64,000 bases of DNA from an uncultured Candidatus Saccharibacteria bacterium (GTDB taxonomy: Bacteria > Patescibacteriota > CAZHWT01), in contig CAZHWT010000001.1 in assembly GCA_964536215.1 (NCBI GenBank), forward strand, positions 15,671-79,670, written 5' to 3'. Made by a program: the position numbers and the translations under genes. Shown here piece by piece: positions 37,757 to 47,930 of this stretch. The notes under the pieces are model-generated. The model was not told where the DNA came from. It did no database searches and saw nothing but the letters and a program-made list of their open reading frames with translations. The stretch's first letter is position 1, and each line of letters starts with the position of its first letter.

Positions 37757-40381
37757 CTAGACTTTGACATTGTCTGTGGTTAACTCAATTGTTGCACCTT
37801 TTTTAATCGACTTGGTCAGGAGCTGCTTAGCCAAGGCGTTTTCAATTTTGTCTTGAATTAGGTGGCGCAATGGGCGGGCGCCGTAGAGCGGGTCATAGCC
37901 AGCCTCGGCTAGTTTGCGAATCAAATCGTCTGACACGGTTAGCTGAATGTCTTTCTCAGCCACTTGTGTAATTACTTTAGCCATCATAAGTTTCGCCACT
38001 TGGACCGACTCTTCGACGTTTAGCTGTCTAAATAGCACTATTTCGTCAAATCGATTAAGAAACTCGGGACGGAAATACCGTTGAGCCAGCATTTCTTTAA
38101 CGGCTGGCATCATTTGTTCGGTGGTGTAGCCTTGGCTAATGGCGTCTTGGATCGAGCGCGACCCGGCATTGGAGGTGGCAATGATAATTGTTTGGTTAAA
38201 CTGAACAGTATGTCCGGCAGAGTCTGTTAATCGGCCATCATCAAATACTTGCAAAAAGAGGTCTAGAATTTGTGGATGAGCTTTCTCCAACTCGTCCAAA
38301 AGCAAGACGGTAAAGGGTCGCTCATGAATGGCGGTGGTAAGATACCCGCCGTTGGGATCGCCAGGTGAACCAATTAGTTTATTAATGGCGGCTGGCTCTT
38401 GATATTCGCTCATATCTAGGCGAACCATTGACTCTTCAGAGCCAAAGTAGCTCTCGGCAATTGTTTTAGCTAGCTCGGTCTTACCCGTGCCTGTAGGACC
38501 AATAAATAGGAAAACTGCCATAGGCTTCTGACTGTCGCGTAAGCCGGCTCGGGAACGCCGCAAGGCATTAGCTACGGCGTCAATAGCGGTGTTTTGGCCA
38601 ACTAGCCTTTGGTGAAGCAGGTCTTCTAGGTGGGTTAGCTTTTCGGCTTCATCTTCGGTAACCTGAGTTACAGGTATGCCAGTTTTATCGGCCACCACTT
38701 TGGCGACGTCCTCGGCGGAGACCGTAGAGTGTTTAGCGTGCGCCGCATAAGCAGCGGCCTCATCGAGCAAGTCAATGGCTTTCTCGGGCAGGACACGATC
38801 ATGAATGTATTGTCGCGATAGCTCGACCGCAGCCTGAATAGCAGGCAGGCTAATCGTGACTTTCTGCTGAGCTTCAATTGCAGCAGTAAACTCTTGTAAA
38901 ATACCGATTGCCGTTGGAGTGTCCGGCTCCTGAACTTCGACAGTTTGAAAGTTATTAGTAAAGGTGGCATTAGGCTGCAAAACGCGACGGTACGATGCTG
39001 GATTAGTTGCGCCGATCACCTTAAGCTGGCCAGCCTCAATAAACGGCAGTAGTACAGCAGATACGTCAATTGTGCCAGCGCCGGTTTGGGCCACTAAATG
39101 CTCAATGTTGTCGATAAAGAGGATTGTTTTTCCAGCAATCAACTCTTTAAGCGCTTGGCTAAAGCGTTTTTCAAGTTCCTGCACATTAGCCGAACTTCCC
39201 AGGACCGCTTCTAAGTTAAGCTGAATTACTCGACTATCCGCCAATCCAGGAGAAGTGGTGGCTTGCAAAATGCCTTGAGCAATACCGTCGACAATTGAAC
39301 TTTTGCCCACGCCTGGTTCACCAATAAGTAGAACATTATTCTTAGTTGTGCGCTCCAAGATTCTCACGACCGCTTCAATCTCTGTTTGGCGGCCAATAAT
39401 ATAAGGGGTCTGCCCAGCCGCCACCTGGGCTGTAATATCGGTCGATAAATGTTTCATGGTTGGCGTCCAGCCACTGGTCCAACCGCGATCAACGCCACCA
39501 GATCGGCGGAAGTATTCGTCCTGCCACCAACGCCACTGCTTTTTGGCCAGAGCCTCTGCTTCTACCCAGCCGCTGGCTCGGCGCAAGTCTTCTAAATGAA
39601 TGCCTAACTCCTTTAGGCTATCGGCGACTGCCGGGCTAACGGCAATGAGGCCAAAGAATAGGTCGGTAGAGGTGATAAAGCGATGCCCATTTTGTAAGCT
39701 GGCGGCTACAGCTGCATCTATGAGGGCTTGCTGACTGATGACCTGACTTTGCTTTATTGAAGCCTGCGTTAGTCGGCTGAGTAATTGCTGATCAGACAGC
39801 TCCATTCGCTTAAACAATTGGGTCATACGGCGAGTAACGGCTAACGTCCGCATGAGGCTGGCGGTAGAGAAGGTGGTTGGTAGCTCTCGCAAAATACGGC
39901 GGGCACTTCCGGCCGTAAAATCCCGCAATGTCTCCAAATCTAGCGGCTCCTCTGCCGCCATGGCTTGATACTGGCGGACGTCATATTTGGGCTGCAACAC
40001 GAAGGCTATCCAATAATAGCCTAGACTAGCTATGGTTACGATTACACCCAAAAGGACATTCCAACCGCCGCGATACAGGCCAATAATAAAACCAAAGGGT
40101 GCCGCTAGCCAAAGGCTAAACGCAAAGAGCAAAGCGCCGGCTACAACCGCTAAGACGGTAACACCAAATAGAATCCAGCACAGCCGGAACAGGACGCCTA
40201 ATCCTCGTCCAACGGCAGTACGATCGTTATGATAAGGACTAAAGAGAGATGTAAGTTGGGGGACAATATTGACCTTATCGCCCAACAGGATAATCGTTCG
40301 ACTAGCAAAGGTCCACCACCATTGCAACTTATCAACATACCACCACCAAGGAAAGTGAGCCAGGTAACTAAGGGCAGACAT
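37757..40381 (-). CDS. Membrane-anchored Clp/Hsp100-family AAA+ ATPase (ClpC/ClpB-like, two AAA+ modules) with ~4 N-terminal TM helices
   Basis: Walker A in D1 (GEPGVGKSSIV) and D2 (GPTGTGKTELAKT). Clp_N-like repeat. ClpB D2-small domain. Hydrophobic Trp-rich N-terminal 130 aa. Confidence 0.7.
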   Translation of the reverse strand: MSALSYLAHFPWWWYVDKLQWWWTFASRTIILLGDKVNIVPQLTSLFSPYHNDRTAVGRGLGVLFRLCWILFGVTVLAVVAGALLFAFSLWLAAPFGFIIGLYRGGWNVLLGVIVTIASLGYYWIAFVLQPKYDVRQYQAMAAEEPLDLETLRDFTAGSARRILRELPTTFSTASLMRTLAVTRRMTQLFKRMELSDQQLLSRLTQASIKQSQVISQQALIDAAVAASLQNGHRFITSTDLFFGLIAVSPAVADSLKELGIHLEDLRRASGWVEAEALAKKQWRWWQDEYFRRSGGVDRGWTSGWTPTMKHLSTDITAQVAAGQTPYIIGRQTEIEAVVRILERTTKNNVLLIGEPGVGKSSIVDGIAQGILQATTSPGLADSRVIQLNLEAVLGSSANVQELEKRFSQALKELIAGKTILFIDNIEHLVAQTGAGTIDVSAVLLPFIEAGQLKVIGATNPASYRRVLQPNATFTNNFQTVEVQEPDTPTAIGILQEFTAAIEAQQKVTISLPAIQAAVELSRQYIHDRVLPEKAIDLLDEAAAYAAHAKHSTVSAEDVAKVVADKTGIPVTQVTEDEAEKLTHLEDLLHQRLVGQNTAIDAVANALRRSRAGLRDSQKPMAVFLFIGPTGTGKTELAKTIAESYFGSEESMVRLDMSEYQEPAAINKLIGSPGDPNGGYLTTAIHERPFTVLLLDELEKAHPQILDLFLQVFDDGRLTDSAGHTVQFNQTIIIATSNAGSRSIQDAISQGYTTEQMMPAVKEMLAQRYFRPEFLNRFDEIVLFRQLNVEESVQVAKLMMAKVITQVAEKDIQLTVSDDLIRKLAEAGYDPLYGARPLRHLIQDKIENALAKQLLTKSIKKGATIELTTDNVKV

Positions 40382-40486
40382 GAGTTAAGTATACAGTATG
40401 TAGTAGTGGATAGCGTAGGGCGGGTAGCGGGTTGACGCGGATGCAATCTTAAACGCTAAGCGCTAATCCCTAAGCATACCCCCATT

Positions 40487-41104
40487 CTACAGCAGAAACT
40501 TTAGTTTAAAGCTGGTTCGATGGATGTCGGATAATCCATATTGTTTGATAGCTTGCTGATGCTGCGCCGTGCCATATCCTTTGTGTTGATCAAGGTGGTA
40601 ATTGGGGTATTGGTTAGCTAGCTGCCGCATGAGATTATCGCGAAACTCTTTAGCCACGATCGAAGCGATGGCAATTGATAGACACCTAGCATCTCCTTTA
40701 ACAATGGCCTGCTGAGGTAGCGTAATGCTAGGATGTTGAAAGCCATCGATGAGACAATACTCTGTCATTGGTAACTGCTCTAGCGCTCGGCTCATGGCTA
40801 AAAACGCGGCGGCGGCAATGCCGTTGTGGTTAATTTCTACAACTGAGGCCTGCCCAATGGCGGTAGAAATGCCCGACTGGTCATGAATAAACTGACAGGC
40901 TTGTTGTCGCTGGGATGGCGACATAGTCTTAGAATCCCTAACGACGGCCATACTATTAGACCAGGCAAAATCAGACTTGACGACCGCAGCTCCTGCCACC
41001 ACTGGTCCGGCCCAGCAACCCCGACCGACTTCATCAATACCAGCAATAGACCGATAGCCTTGCTGCCAAAGAGAGTGTTCATAGTCGAGGGTAGGAAGCA
41101 TCAT
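40487..41104 (-). CDS. rnhB: Ribonuclease HII
   Basis: GIDEVGRGCWAGPVV catalytic motif. 205 aa. Start overlaps the PBP stop. Confidence 0.85.
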   Translation of the reverse strand: MMLPTLDYEHSLWQQGYRSIAGIDEVGRGCWAGPVVAGAAVVKSDFAWSNSMAVVRDSKTMSPSQRQQACQFIHDQSGISTAIGQASVVEINHNGIAAAAFLAMSRALEQLPMTEYCLIDGFQHPSITLPQQAIVKGDARCLSIAIASIVAKEFRDNLMRQLANQYPNYHLDQHKGYGTAQHQQAIKQYGLSDIHRTSFKLKFLL

Positions 41105-43035
41105 CTCGGCCGCCGGTCGATGTAGGTGTGGGCACTATCGAGCGTTACATTCTGATATTCTGGGAATTGCTCGATCGGTGTATCCTTGGTCAGATAATCC
41201 ATTAAGTCATGCCATATTGGCGCAGCCACATTAATACCGTCGGCTTTAGTATTCATGCTTTTGCCAGAAGTATTGCCGGTCCAAACAGTGGTTAAGTAGC
41301 TGGGCGTGTAGCCGATTGTCCACGTGTCTTTGGGCCCAGAGGAGGTGCCCGTTTTGGCGGCTACCGGGCGATTATTGGGCAGTGTGTAGTCTTGTAGGTA
41401 TTGGCCGCCATATATACTACGCTTAACTTTCGGGTCGCCAATTATCGCATTAATACCTGCTACTGCATTGGCGTCCAGAATCTGCTTGGACTCTTGTTCT
41501 TTAGTGTTGTCCAGCAAAACTTTGCCATGCCGGTCCACTACCTTGAGCAACGGCGAGACGACAACATCTTTACCACCGCTAGCCAGCGTTGCAAACGCTT
41601 GGGTCATTTGGAGTGGCGTTACTTCAACAGCGCCCAAAGCTAGGGGTAGCGTGTAGTGGTAATCATCGACAATAGGGAACCCCATGCTGGCAAGGTTCTT
41701 GGTTGCGGCCGGAATGCCAACCCCGCGCAATACGCGCACAGCGGGAATGTTAAGAGATGATGCGAGAGCTGTTTTAAGCGACACATACCGGCCACTGGCT
41801 CTGCCGCCATAATCGGTCGGCCGATACCCGCCACCAAAATCTTCAACCGCATCTAATACTCTCGTATTGGGTGAATAACCACTGGCTAGAGCAGTGTAGT
41901 AAATTAACGGCTTTATGGTGCTCCCTGGTTGACGGCGTGAATCTAACATATTTACTTGAGAGGTGCCGAAGTCTAGTCCGCCAACATAGGCTAATATTTG
42001 ACCATTCCGGGGATTGACGGTCAGTAAAGCAGCATTATCGGCTTGCCATTTAGTTGCGTTTTCTTTAGCATGCTGCTGCATTACATTAATAGCATTGTCC
42101 TGCAACGTAGCGTCTAGGCTGGTCAGGACATATAGCCCCTCATCGACTACTTCCTGCCCAAACTGCTGTTGTAATAGTTGCCGAATATAGAATGAGAAGA
42201 ATGGATAGCGTAGTGTAGATTTGCGGGCTAGAAACGCCACCGTATCATCCTTAGCCTCCTGGTACTGCTCTTCAGTCAAAAAGCCAAAGTTGCGCATGCG
42301 CTCTAAGACAAGCTGCTGGCGAGAGGTAAGCCCAGCCAGATTGTAGTATGGGTCTAGGGTTGATGGGGCATTGATAAGGGCGGCAATATAGGCGCCTTGA
42401 GCCGTAGACAACTGCGATACTGGTACGCCAAAGTAGGTTTGGGCGGCTGTAGCTAAACCAATCAGATCGCCACCAACCGGCACTTCGTTTAGATAACGCT
42501 CTAGAATCTGATCTTTGCTATAGCGACGAGTTAAAACCATTGAGACGACCAATTCGCGAGCTTTGCGCCAAATAGTATCATCCTTGCTTACCACAATTAG
42601 CTGAGCTAGCTGCTGAGTGATGGTTGATCCACCTTGCGTCAAGGTGTCGCTGCCAACATCAACATGAGCTGCCCTTATAAGACTTTTTATAGAAAACCCA
42701 GGGTTGGTATAGAACGACTTGTCTTCGGCCGCCAAAAAGGCGTTTTTAACCGACTCTGGAACTTGATCAATGGTGGTAACTTCGCGGTGGACTGACCCTA
42801 TTTCATACAACAAGGTATTATCCCGATCGTAGATTTTGGTGGTTTGAGTTGGCGTTTCCTCTAGGTTTGGGAGCGGTGCCGAAGCTAAGGTAGCATCTCC
42901 AACGGCTTCGACTGCCTTGCCAAGGACAACATAACTAAGCCCCACGCCGAGGCACAACAAGCCAACCAAACAGGCAATAATGATAGGGCGACGAACGTTA
43001 GAGGTCATTTCAGATGCAGGAAGGTTTGGCCACAT
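41101..43035 (-). CDS. Class A penicillin-binding protein (second copy)
   Basis: N-terminal TM. GT51 motifs (EDKSFYTNPG, GGSTITQQLAQ). Transpeptidase KTGT. 644 aa. Confidence 0.8.
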   Translation of the reverse strand: MWPNLPASEMTSNVRRPIIIACLVGLLCLGVGLSYVVLGKAVEAVGDATLASAPLPNLEETPTQTTKIYDRDNTLLYEIGSVHREVTTIDQVPESVKNAFLAAEDKSFYTNPGFSIKSLIRAAHVDVGSDTLTQGGSTITQQLAQLIVVSKDDTIWRKARELVVSMVLTRRYSKDQILERYLNEVPVGGDLIGLATAAQTYFGVPVSQLSTAQGAYIAALINAPSTLDPYYNLAGLTSRQQLVLERMRNFGFLTEEQYQEAKDDTVAFLARKSTLRYPFFSFYIRQLLQQQFGQEVVDEGLYVLTSLDATLQDNAINVMQQHAKENATKWQADNAALLTVNPRNGQILAYVGGLDFGTSQVNMLDSRRQPGSTIKPLIYYTALASGYSPNTRVLDAVEDFGGGYRPTDYGGRASGRYVSLKTALASSLNIPAVRVLRGVGIPAATKNLASMGFPIVDDYHYTLPLALGAVEVTPLQMTQAFATLASGGKDVVVSPLLKVVDRHGKVLLDNTKEQESKQILDANAVAGINAIIGDPKVKRSIYGGQYLQDYTLPNNRPVAAKTGTSSGPKDTWTIGYTPSYLTTVWTGNTSGKSMNTKADGINVAAPIWHDLMDYLTKDTPIEQFPEYQNVTLDSAHTYIDRRPR

Positions 43036-43065
43036 GGCTACAAAATGCCCGCAGTGCTCCTCCGT

Positions 43066-43290
43066 CTAGCTGAATAATGTTGGGAATTTTGAGTAAATAA
43101 TAAACCCAATAAAAGCGAGGAGAAGCAGGAAGGAGATAAGGAAGCCAATAGCAAACCCAACCCCCAGAGCAATCCCAAACCAAACCCCGTGAGTTAGCTT
43201 GACAGTCAGGTGAGAGCTAGGAAATACTGGTGCGCCTGGCCGCTCTTCAGCCAACTCTTGCCAGTGATTGGATTTTTTAGATTCGGGCAT
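43066..43290 (-). CDS. Small membrane protein (74 aa)
   Basis: One long hydrophobic segment. Immediately upstream of the PBP gene on the same strand. Confidence 0.3.
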   Translation of the reverse strand: MPESKKSNHWQELAEERPGAPVFPSSHLTVKLTHGVWFGIALGVGFAIGFLISFLLLLAFIGFIIYSKFPTLFS

Positions 43291-43441
43291 GGGACTATTG
43301 TAGCGACAAACGGCTAGACTAGCAACAGGGGGAGGGGGTGAAGGGTGAAGGATAATAATTTAGCACCCTTCTCTTTCACCTTTAACCTTCAACCTGTAAC
43401 CTTCACCCTTCTCACTGGCGCAATGCTGTATACTGCATCAG

Positions 43442-44071
43442 ATGTCCACTCTTACTATGGCTCAACGTCATCTACAAACCGACCCGGTTATGGCCGACTT
43501 AATCAATCGGTACCACTTATCGCCGCTCAAGCAACCGGATGAGGTGGATGTTTTTGCTCATTTAGTTGGGTCAATTATCAGCCAACAACTATCAGTCAAA
43601 GTGGCAGATGTGATTGAAGCGCGCGTCTACGCGCTATTGCCCCATAAAAAGGTCACTCCTCAAGCTATTTTAGACCTCGATACTGAAGCAGCCCGAGCCT
43701 GTGGTATGTCGTATGCCAAAGTCCGCTATGTTAAATCGGCCGCCGATGCAGCTTTGTCTGGATTAATTGATTTTACTAATTTAAAAAATATTTCTGACCA
43801 GGAGGCTATAGCCGAGCTGGTCCAAATTGCCGGAGTAGGGCAGTGGACCGCCGAAATGCTGCTCATTTTTAGCTTGGGACGTCCAGATGTCTTTTCTATC
43901 GGCGACATGGGCTTGCGTAATGCTGTGGCGGCGTTGTACGGATTAGACAAGAAGGATTTGCCAGCCATAACTAAACTGGCCGAACAATGGTCGCCTTATC
44001 GGTCCCTCGCCTGCCGCTACCTTTGGGCCAGCCTAGAAAATACACCAAAGACTGGACTGGCCGAAGCGTAA
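43442..44071 (+). CDS. alkA: HhH-GPD DNA glycosylase (AlkA / 3-methyladenine DNA glycosylase II-like)
   Basis: Helix-hairpin-helix GPD motif IAGVGQWTAEMLLIFSLGRPDVFSIGDMGLRNA with catalytic Asp. Confidence 0.7.
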   Translation: MSTLTMAQRHLQTDPVMADLINRYHLSPLKQPDEVDVFAHLVGSIISQQLSVKVADVIEARVYALLPHKKVTPQAILDLDTEAARACGMSYAKVRYVKSAADAALSGLIDFTNLKNISDQEAIAELVQIAGVGQWTAEMLLIFSLGRPDVFSIGDMGLRNAVAALYGLDKKDLPAITKLAEQWSPYRSLACRYLWASLENTPKTGLAEA

Positions 44072-44369
44072 TCCATGCCTAGAATGAGTAGCATCGTCAT
44101 GGCTAGCGCATTCTACTCCCGTTCTGAGCCCTATGCTCACTGGCACAGGGCGATGAATCTTTCAGCATATCAAGCATCCTGACCGTAATCCTCCATTAGC
44201 TTTACAGAGATATATTACCGTATGTACGTACACGTATCAGTACATCCATCCCGACCTTCTCTGAGTTACCATGTTCCGAAAGTTTGTCAGAACTGCTGAC
44301 ATTTGCTACAATCCCGAACGAGTAAGCGTTTAAGGCTTGTGCGTCTGCAATTCATAGAAAGGTCTAAGC

Positions 44370-44921
44370 ATGTGCCAGACAGACCAGCCCTCCAACTCCA
44401 CTGAGAGAGACGAGGCAACACTTGCTACGTGGGCATCTTACCGCAGTCAGGTGCAAGTGGTACCTGGGTTAATTTTTGTTGACCCTCTGGGCACCTCTTA
44501 TCGCGTGGCCCGGATTTTTCAGTTAGCTACTTTAACCGATGGCTATGTAGTTAATGCCAGGCTAGAAAAACTGTCCGTCTTAGGCCAAGGGACAAATGCC
44601 GCTACATTTATCGAGATACCTAGTCCCGATGGGGCAGTGGCAGTTGATACCCTGACTCAATCTCTCTGGTGGGGGGCCGTGAAAGTAAAGCATGCACCAA
44701 ACCTGCACGGACTGACTTGTCCAAGACCCGGCGCGCGCTTAATAGAACGAATAGAACTGGCTACGCCGAGATATAGCGTTATACAAACTCAACGCTACGC
44801 AGGCGTGGTGGAAGAAGACATTTTTGTGGAATTGTCGGATCATGTTAACCGTCAACGCTTTAGCCTGACTCTGCGACAATACCACGCGTTTTTGCAGCAA
44901 CATAACCTGTACGAACTATAG
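44370..44921 (+). CDS. Hypothetical protein
   Basis: 183-aa ORF with a TTGTCA-N17-TACAAT promoter upstream (44286-44314) and a terminator downstream. No family recognised. Confidence 0.4.
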   Translation: MCQTDQPSNSTERDEATLATWASYRSQVQVVPGLIFVDPLGTSYRVARIFQLATLTDGYVVNARLEKLSVLGQGTNAATFIEIPSPDGAVAVDTLTQSLWWGAVKVKHAPNLHGLTCPRPGARLIERIELATPRYSVIQTQRYAGVVEEDIFVELSDHVNRQRFSLTLRQYHAFLQQHNLYEL

Positions 44922-44941
44922 AGCTATCGAGCTCACTACCA

Positions 44942-44975
44942 GACGCCACAGCACCGTGGCGTCTTTTTTCATTGC
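44942..44975. terminator. Hairpin agacgccac agcaccg tggcgtct plus T7
   Basis: 9-bp stem followed by ttttttt. Sits between convergent genes. Confidence 0.55.
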
Positions 44976-45012
44976 GTTTATTCAATCAACGATAAACGAT
45001 AAATGATACCCC

Positions 45013-45532
45013 TTAGGCTTCGAATTCAACCAGGATAGGAAGATGATCAGAGACTTGGGTAGATATAATTTGACTATTGATAATTTTCCAGGTCGCGCTG
45101 CGGAGTGGCCATAAACCGATCAGTGTACGAAGCATGAGTAGTGCCAACGCACAACGGCTGGTCAGCCCCGATATTGAGCTCAACTTGGCTATAGGCGCGC
45201 GTTTCGCTAGCAAAATCGCTAGAGCTAGTGGCCGTTTGCGTTTCGACATGTGATGGCGAGGAGAGAGGGTATCGGCTAATAATGGCATTGCCTTGCTCTC
45301 TATCGATGTTGCCCTGCTGATTAATCCATTGCTGAGCAGCAACATAGTACCCCCGATACGGTTTGCCCAGTTTTTGCATCACACTATCTGCGCTTGTTAC
45401 ATACGGGCGGAAGGACGTGGCGACGACTTCCTGCAGGCACATGATGTCCGGCCTGATATCAGCAATACATTCAGCAACCTTTTGCGGATCTTCTTTATAC
45501 CAAATGTTCCATTGCAGTAAGATTATTTTCAT
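45013..45532 (-). pseudogene. Endonuclease/exonuclease/phosphatase (EEP) family gene, split by a frameshift in an A4 homopolymer near 45079-45086
   Basis: N-terminal EEP part (LQWNIWYKEDP...DIMCLQEV) lies in ORF 45074..45532. The C-terminal SDHLPILVEFEA signature is in a different frame (ORF 45013..45345). Deleting one A in ggaaaatt would fuse ...RDLE to IINSQIISTQVSDHLPI. Confidence 0.5.
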
Positions 45533-45615
45533 CTAAAAAGGACGTATCCGTGCTAGCATCGTCTCAAATCTGCCAACTATAAACTACGAACCATAAACCA
45601 TAAACTCATTCGTAT

Positions 45616-46584
45616 CTACTCTTCATCCTGAGTAGAGGAGAGGTCTTTGTTGCCGCTATGGAAGGATGAGTGAATGTCTTTGAGGTGTTTATTGGTGACG
45701 TGAGTATAGATTTGGGTGGTGGCAATATTGGAATGGCCGAGCATTTCCTGGACGCTGCGTAGATCGGCGCCGTTAATTAATAAATCTGTAGCAAAGGAGT
45801 GGCGCAGTGTGTGCGGCGTAGCTTTGACCGATAAGGCTTGTTGCTTAACGTACTTTTCAACCATACGAGCCACCGAGCGGGGAGTGAGACGTAGGTCTTC
45901 CCCATCTTGGTCTTCCGGATTATGTTTTTTGCCGTTGTAGCGGATAAAAAGCGGTTTATGCTTATCTTTTCGTAACTGGAGATATTTGGCCAGCCAATCA
46001 ATGGCTTCATCTGATAAAAAGACTACTCTAGCCTTGCGCCCTTTGCCAATTACGCCAAATTCGCGGCGCTCCAGATTAATTTGATCTCGGTTAAGCGAGG
46101 TTAGCTCGGCCACCCGTAAGCCGGTCGAAAATAACGTTTCTAAGATAGCTCTATCCCTAATTCCCTCGATAGTAGTCGTATCTGGGGCCTCGATAAGCTG
46201 TTCTAGCTGCTGCTGATCTAAAAACTTGACCGTACGGTCCCCTTGTTTACCCAGCTCCACCTGATCTGGCGCCAGGGTGGTATAGCCTTTTAAGATTAAA
46301 TATCTCAAAAAAGCTCGCAGTCCGACCATAAAATAATTCTGATAGGAGCGCTTTAGTTCGTGCTTAGTCACTTCGCTCACCTGTCGGGTTAGGTGGAGGC
46401 GATATTTTTTGACCATCTCATAGGTTAAACCCTGTGGCTCGACTGGGCCGTAATTCTCAGTTAGCCACTGAGCAAAATGCCGCAAATAAAAGTCATAAAT
46501 GCGGACGGTGCCTTGCGACAGGTTCTTCTCTAGCTCGCTGTATTCAATAAAATCGGTTATAAGGTCATTCAATGGCTTGGACAT
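45616..46584 (-). CDS. xerC: Tyrosine recombinase XerC/XerD family
   Basis: N-terminal SAM-like core-binding domain. C-terminal catalytic R...HxxR...Y (HTLRHSFATDLL ... GHSNIATTQIYTHV). 322 aa. Confidence 0.8.
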   Translation of the reverse strand: MSKPLNDLITDFIEYSELEKNLSQGTVRIYDFYLRHFAQWLTENYGPVEPQGLTYEMVKKYRLHLTRQVSEVTKHELKRSYQNYFMVGLRAFLRYLILKGYTTLAPDQVELGKQGDRTVKFLDQQQLEQLIEAPDTTTIEGIRDRAILETLFSTGLRVAELTSLNRDQINLERREFGVIGKGRKARVVFLSDEAIDWLAKYLQLRKDKHKPLFIRYNGKKHNPEDQDGEDLRLTPRSVARMVEKYVKQQALSVKATPHTLRHSFATDLLINGADLRSVQEMLGHSNIATTQIYTHVTNKHLKDIHSSFHSGNKDLSSTQDEE

Positions 46585-46602
46585 GGTTTAAGGGTACAGG
46601 TT

Positions 46603-46672
46603 GAAGGTTGAAGGTTCAAGTGTTTTGAATTGAGCTGCACTCTAACCTTTAATCTTCAACCTACATATACCC
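46603..46672. repeat. Inverted repeat aggttgaaggttgaaggttcaag ... cctttaatcttcaacct immediately upstream of xerC
   Basis: ~17-nt arms built from GTTGAAG heptamer units. A related gtgaagggtgaagg / ccttcaccctt structure sits at 43338-43410. Confidence 0.45.
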
Positions 46673-47930
46673 AATCCTGGCATATCCTCTTGTCGAAAAA
46701 ACGTTTTGAAGGGGTAAACTGTCATCTTTTCCGCGTCCATCGCTTCTAGGGCCCTTGTAGGGCTTCGTATATGTTTTTTGCTTTTGCAGCAATAAATACT
46801 TACTTTTTAGTATCTACCCCCTATCTATAGCGTGGGCGACAGGGGAGTGGTAGGCAGGGAAATTCGACTATATCTGAGTATATTGAGCCATCTAGCATTC
46901 ATTTAGGCGGGAGAGGCTGTGGGGGAGACAATTGGCTGCATTTTTTAAGACATTTTCAACACGATTGTGCGCAAGCATGGCTGAAGGGGAAAATTTTGGC
47001 AAATTATTTGAAATATATTTTAATTGTCTATCAACGCATGGATGGCAGGAGGGGAGAGGAAAAATAATAATACTAGACGTCTTTAAATGTATCTTTAGAG
47101 ACGTCTAAGAGGAGTGAAACAGCCGGGGAAGAGGTGCGAGAGAGGGGCTTAGCTTTGAAGATGTGGTCATATTTTTATTAAATATGGCACTTGTATTGTT
47201 TGTTTTACGCTCAAGTTTGCTGAATTTGGCGAATCTTTCGGCCTGTCTTGGCTGGTTTGACTTAGGCTAACCGATTACCGCTTGTCTTTGAGGTCAGCAA
47301 CGGAGATATCTGAGTAAATCTGTGCTACGTATGCATGAATTAAGGCTTATCCACATAGCTTATTAGCAATCATTGTTAGTTGGTGTTAATTTTGGCATAT
47401 TTTTCAGCAAATTTTCCCTTTATTTTCCCCACAGCTTTGTGATGCTAGTTTGAGCAAGTGAAATTTTTTGAAATTTTGGTGAATTTTTTATGAGACCGGG
47501 GAGATGCTCTACTCTGGGGTGAGTGTGGACTTATGGTTGGTAGTTAATGGTTTATGGTTCGTAGCTTTTTATGACATGTGTGTAGTTGGAGAAAACTGCA
47601 TCAGACTAGATCATACCTTATTTTACTATAGGTCTCTTTATATGCTATAGTTTCCATATCTATGTTTCCATGTATATCCTATAGTTTTTTGTTATCGGTC
47701 TTCCCTCTTCCTTGCTAAGTCTCCCTATCTCACTCCCCTTTCTCTGAGGTCTGACACCAAATTCTTGGGCCAAGGTTTAGGTTAATTGGGCTATTTTGAC
47801 CCTATTTGTTGTGCGCCTGCGCCCAGCATGCAGGTAGTGTTTGATTGTTTTTCAATCTGATGCAGCTACTTGAGCTTCTGCATGCATTATACTACTATAG
47901 GCTTTTTTCTATGCGCCTCTCGCCTACTCT

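Noticed and set aside
47167-47190. Candidate dif site near xerC (catattt-ttatt-aaatatg)
   Set aside because: Only a 7-bp inverted repeat with a 5-nt centre. It does not fit the 11-6-11 Xer-site architecture or the conserved TTATGTTAAAT XerD arm.
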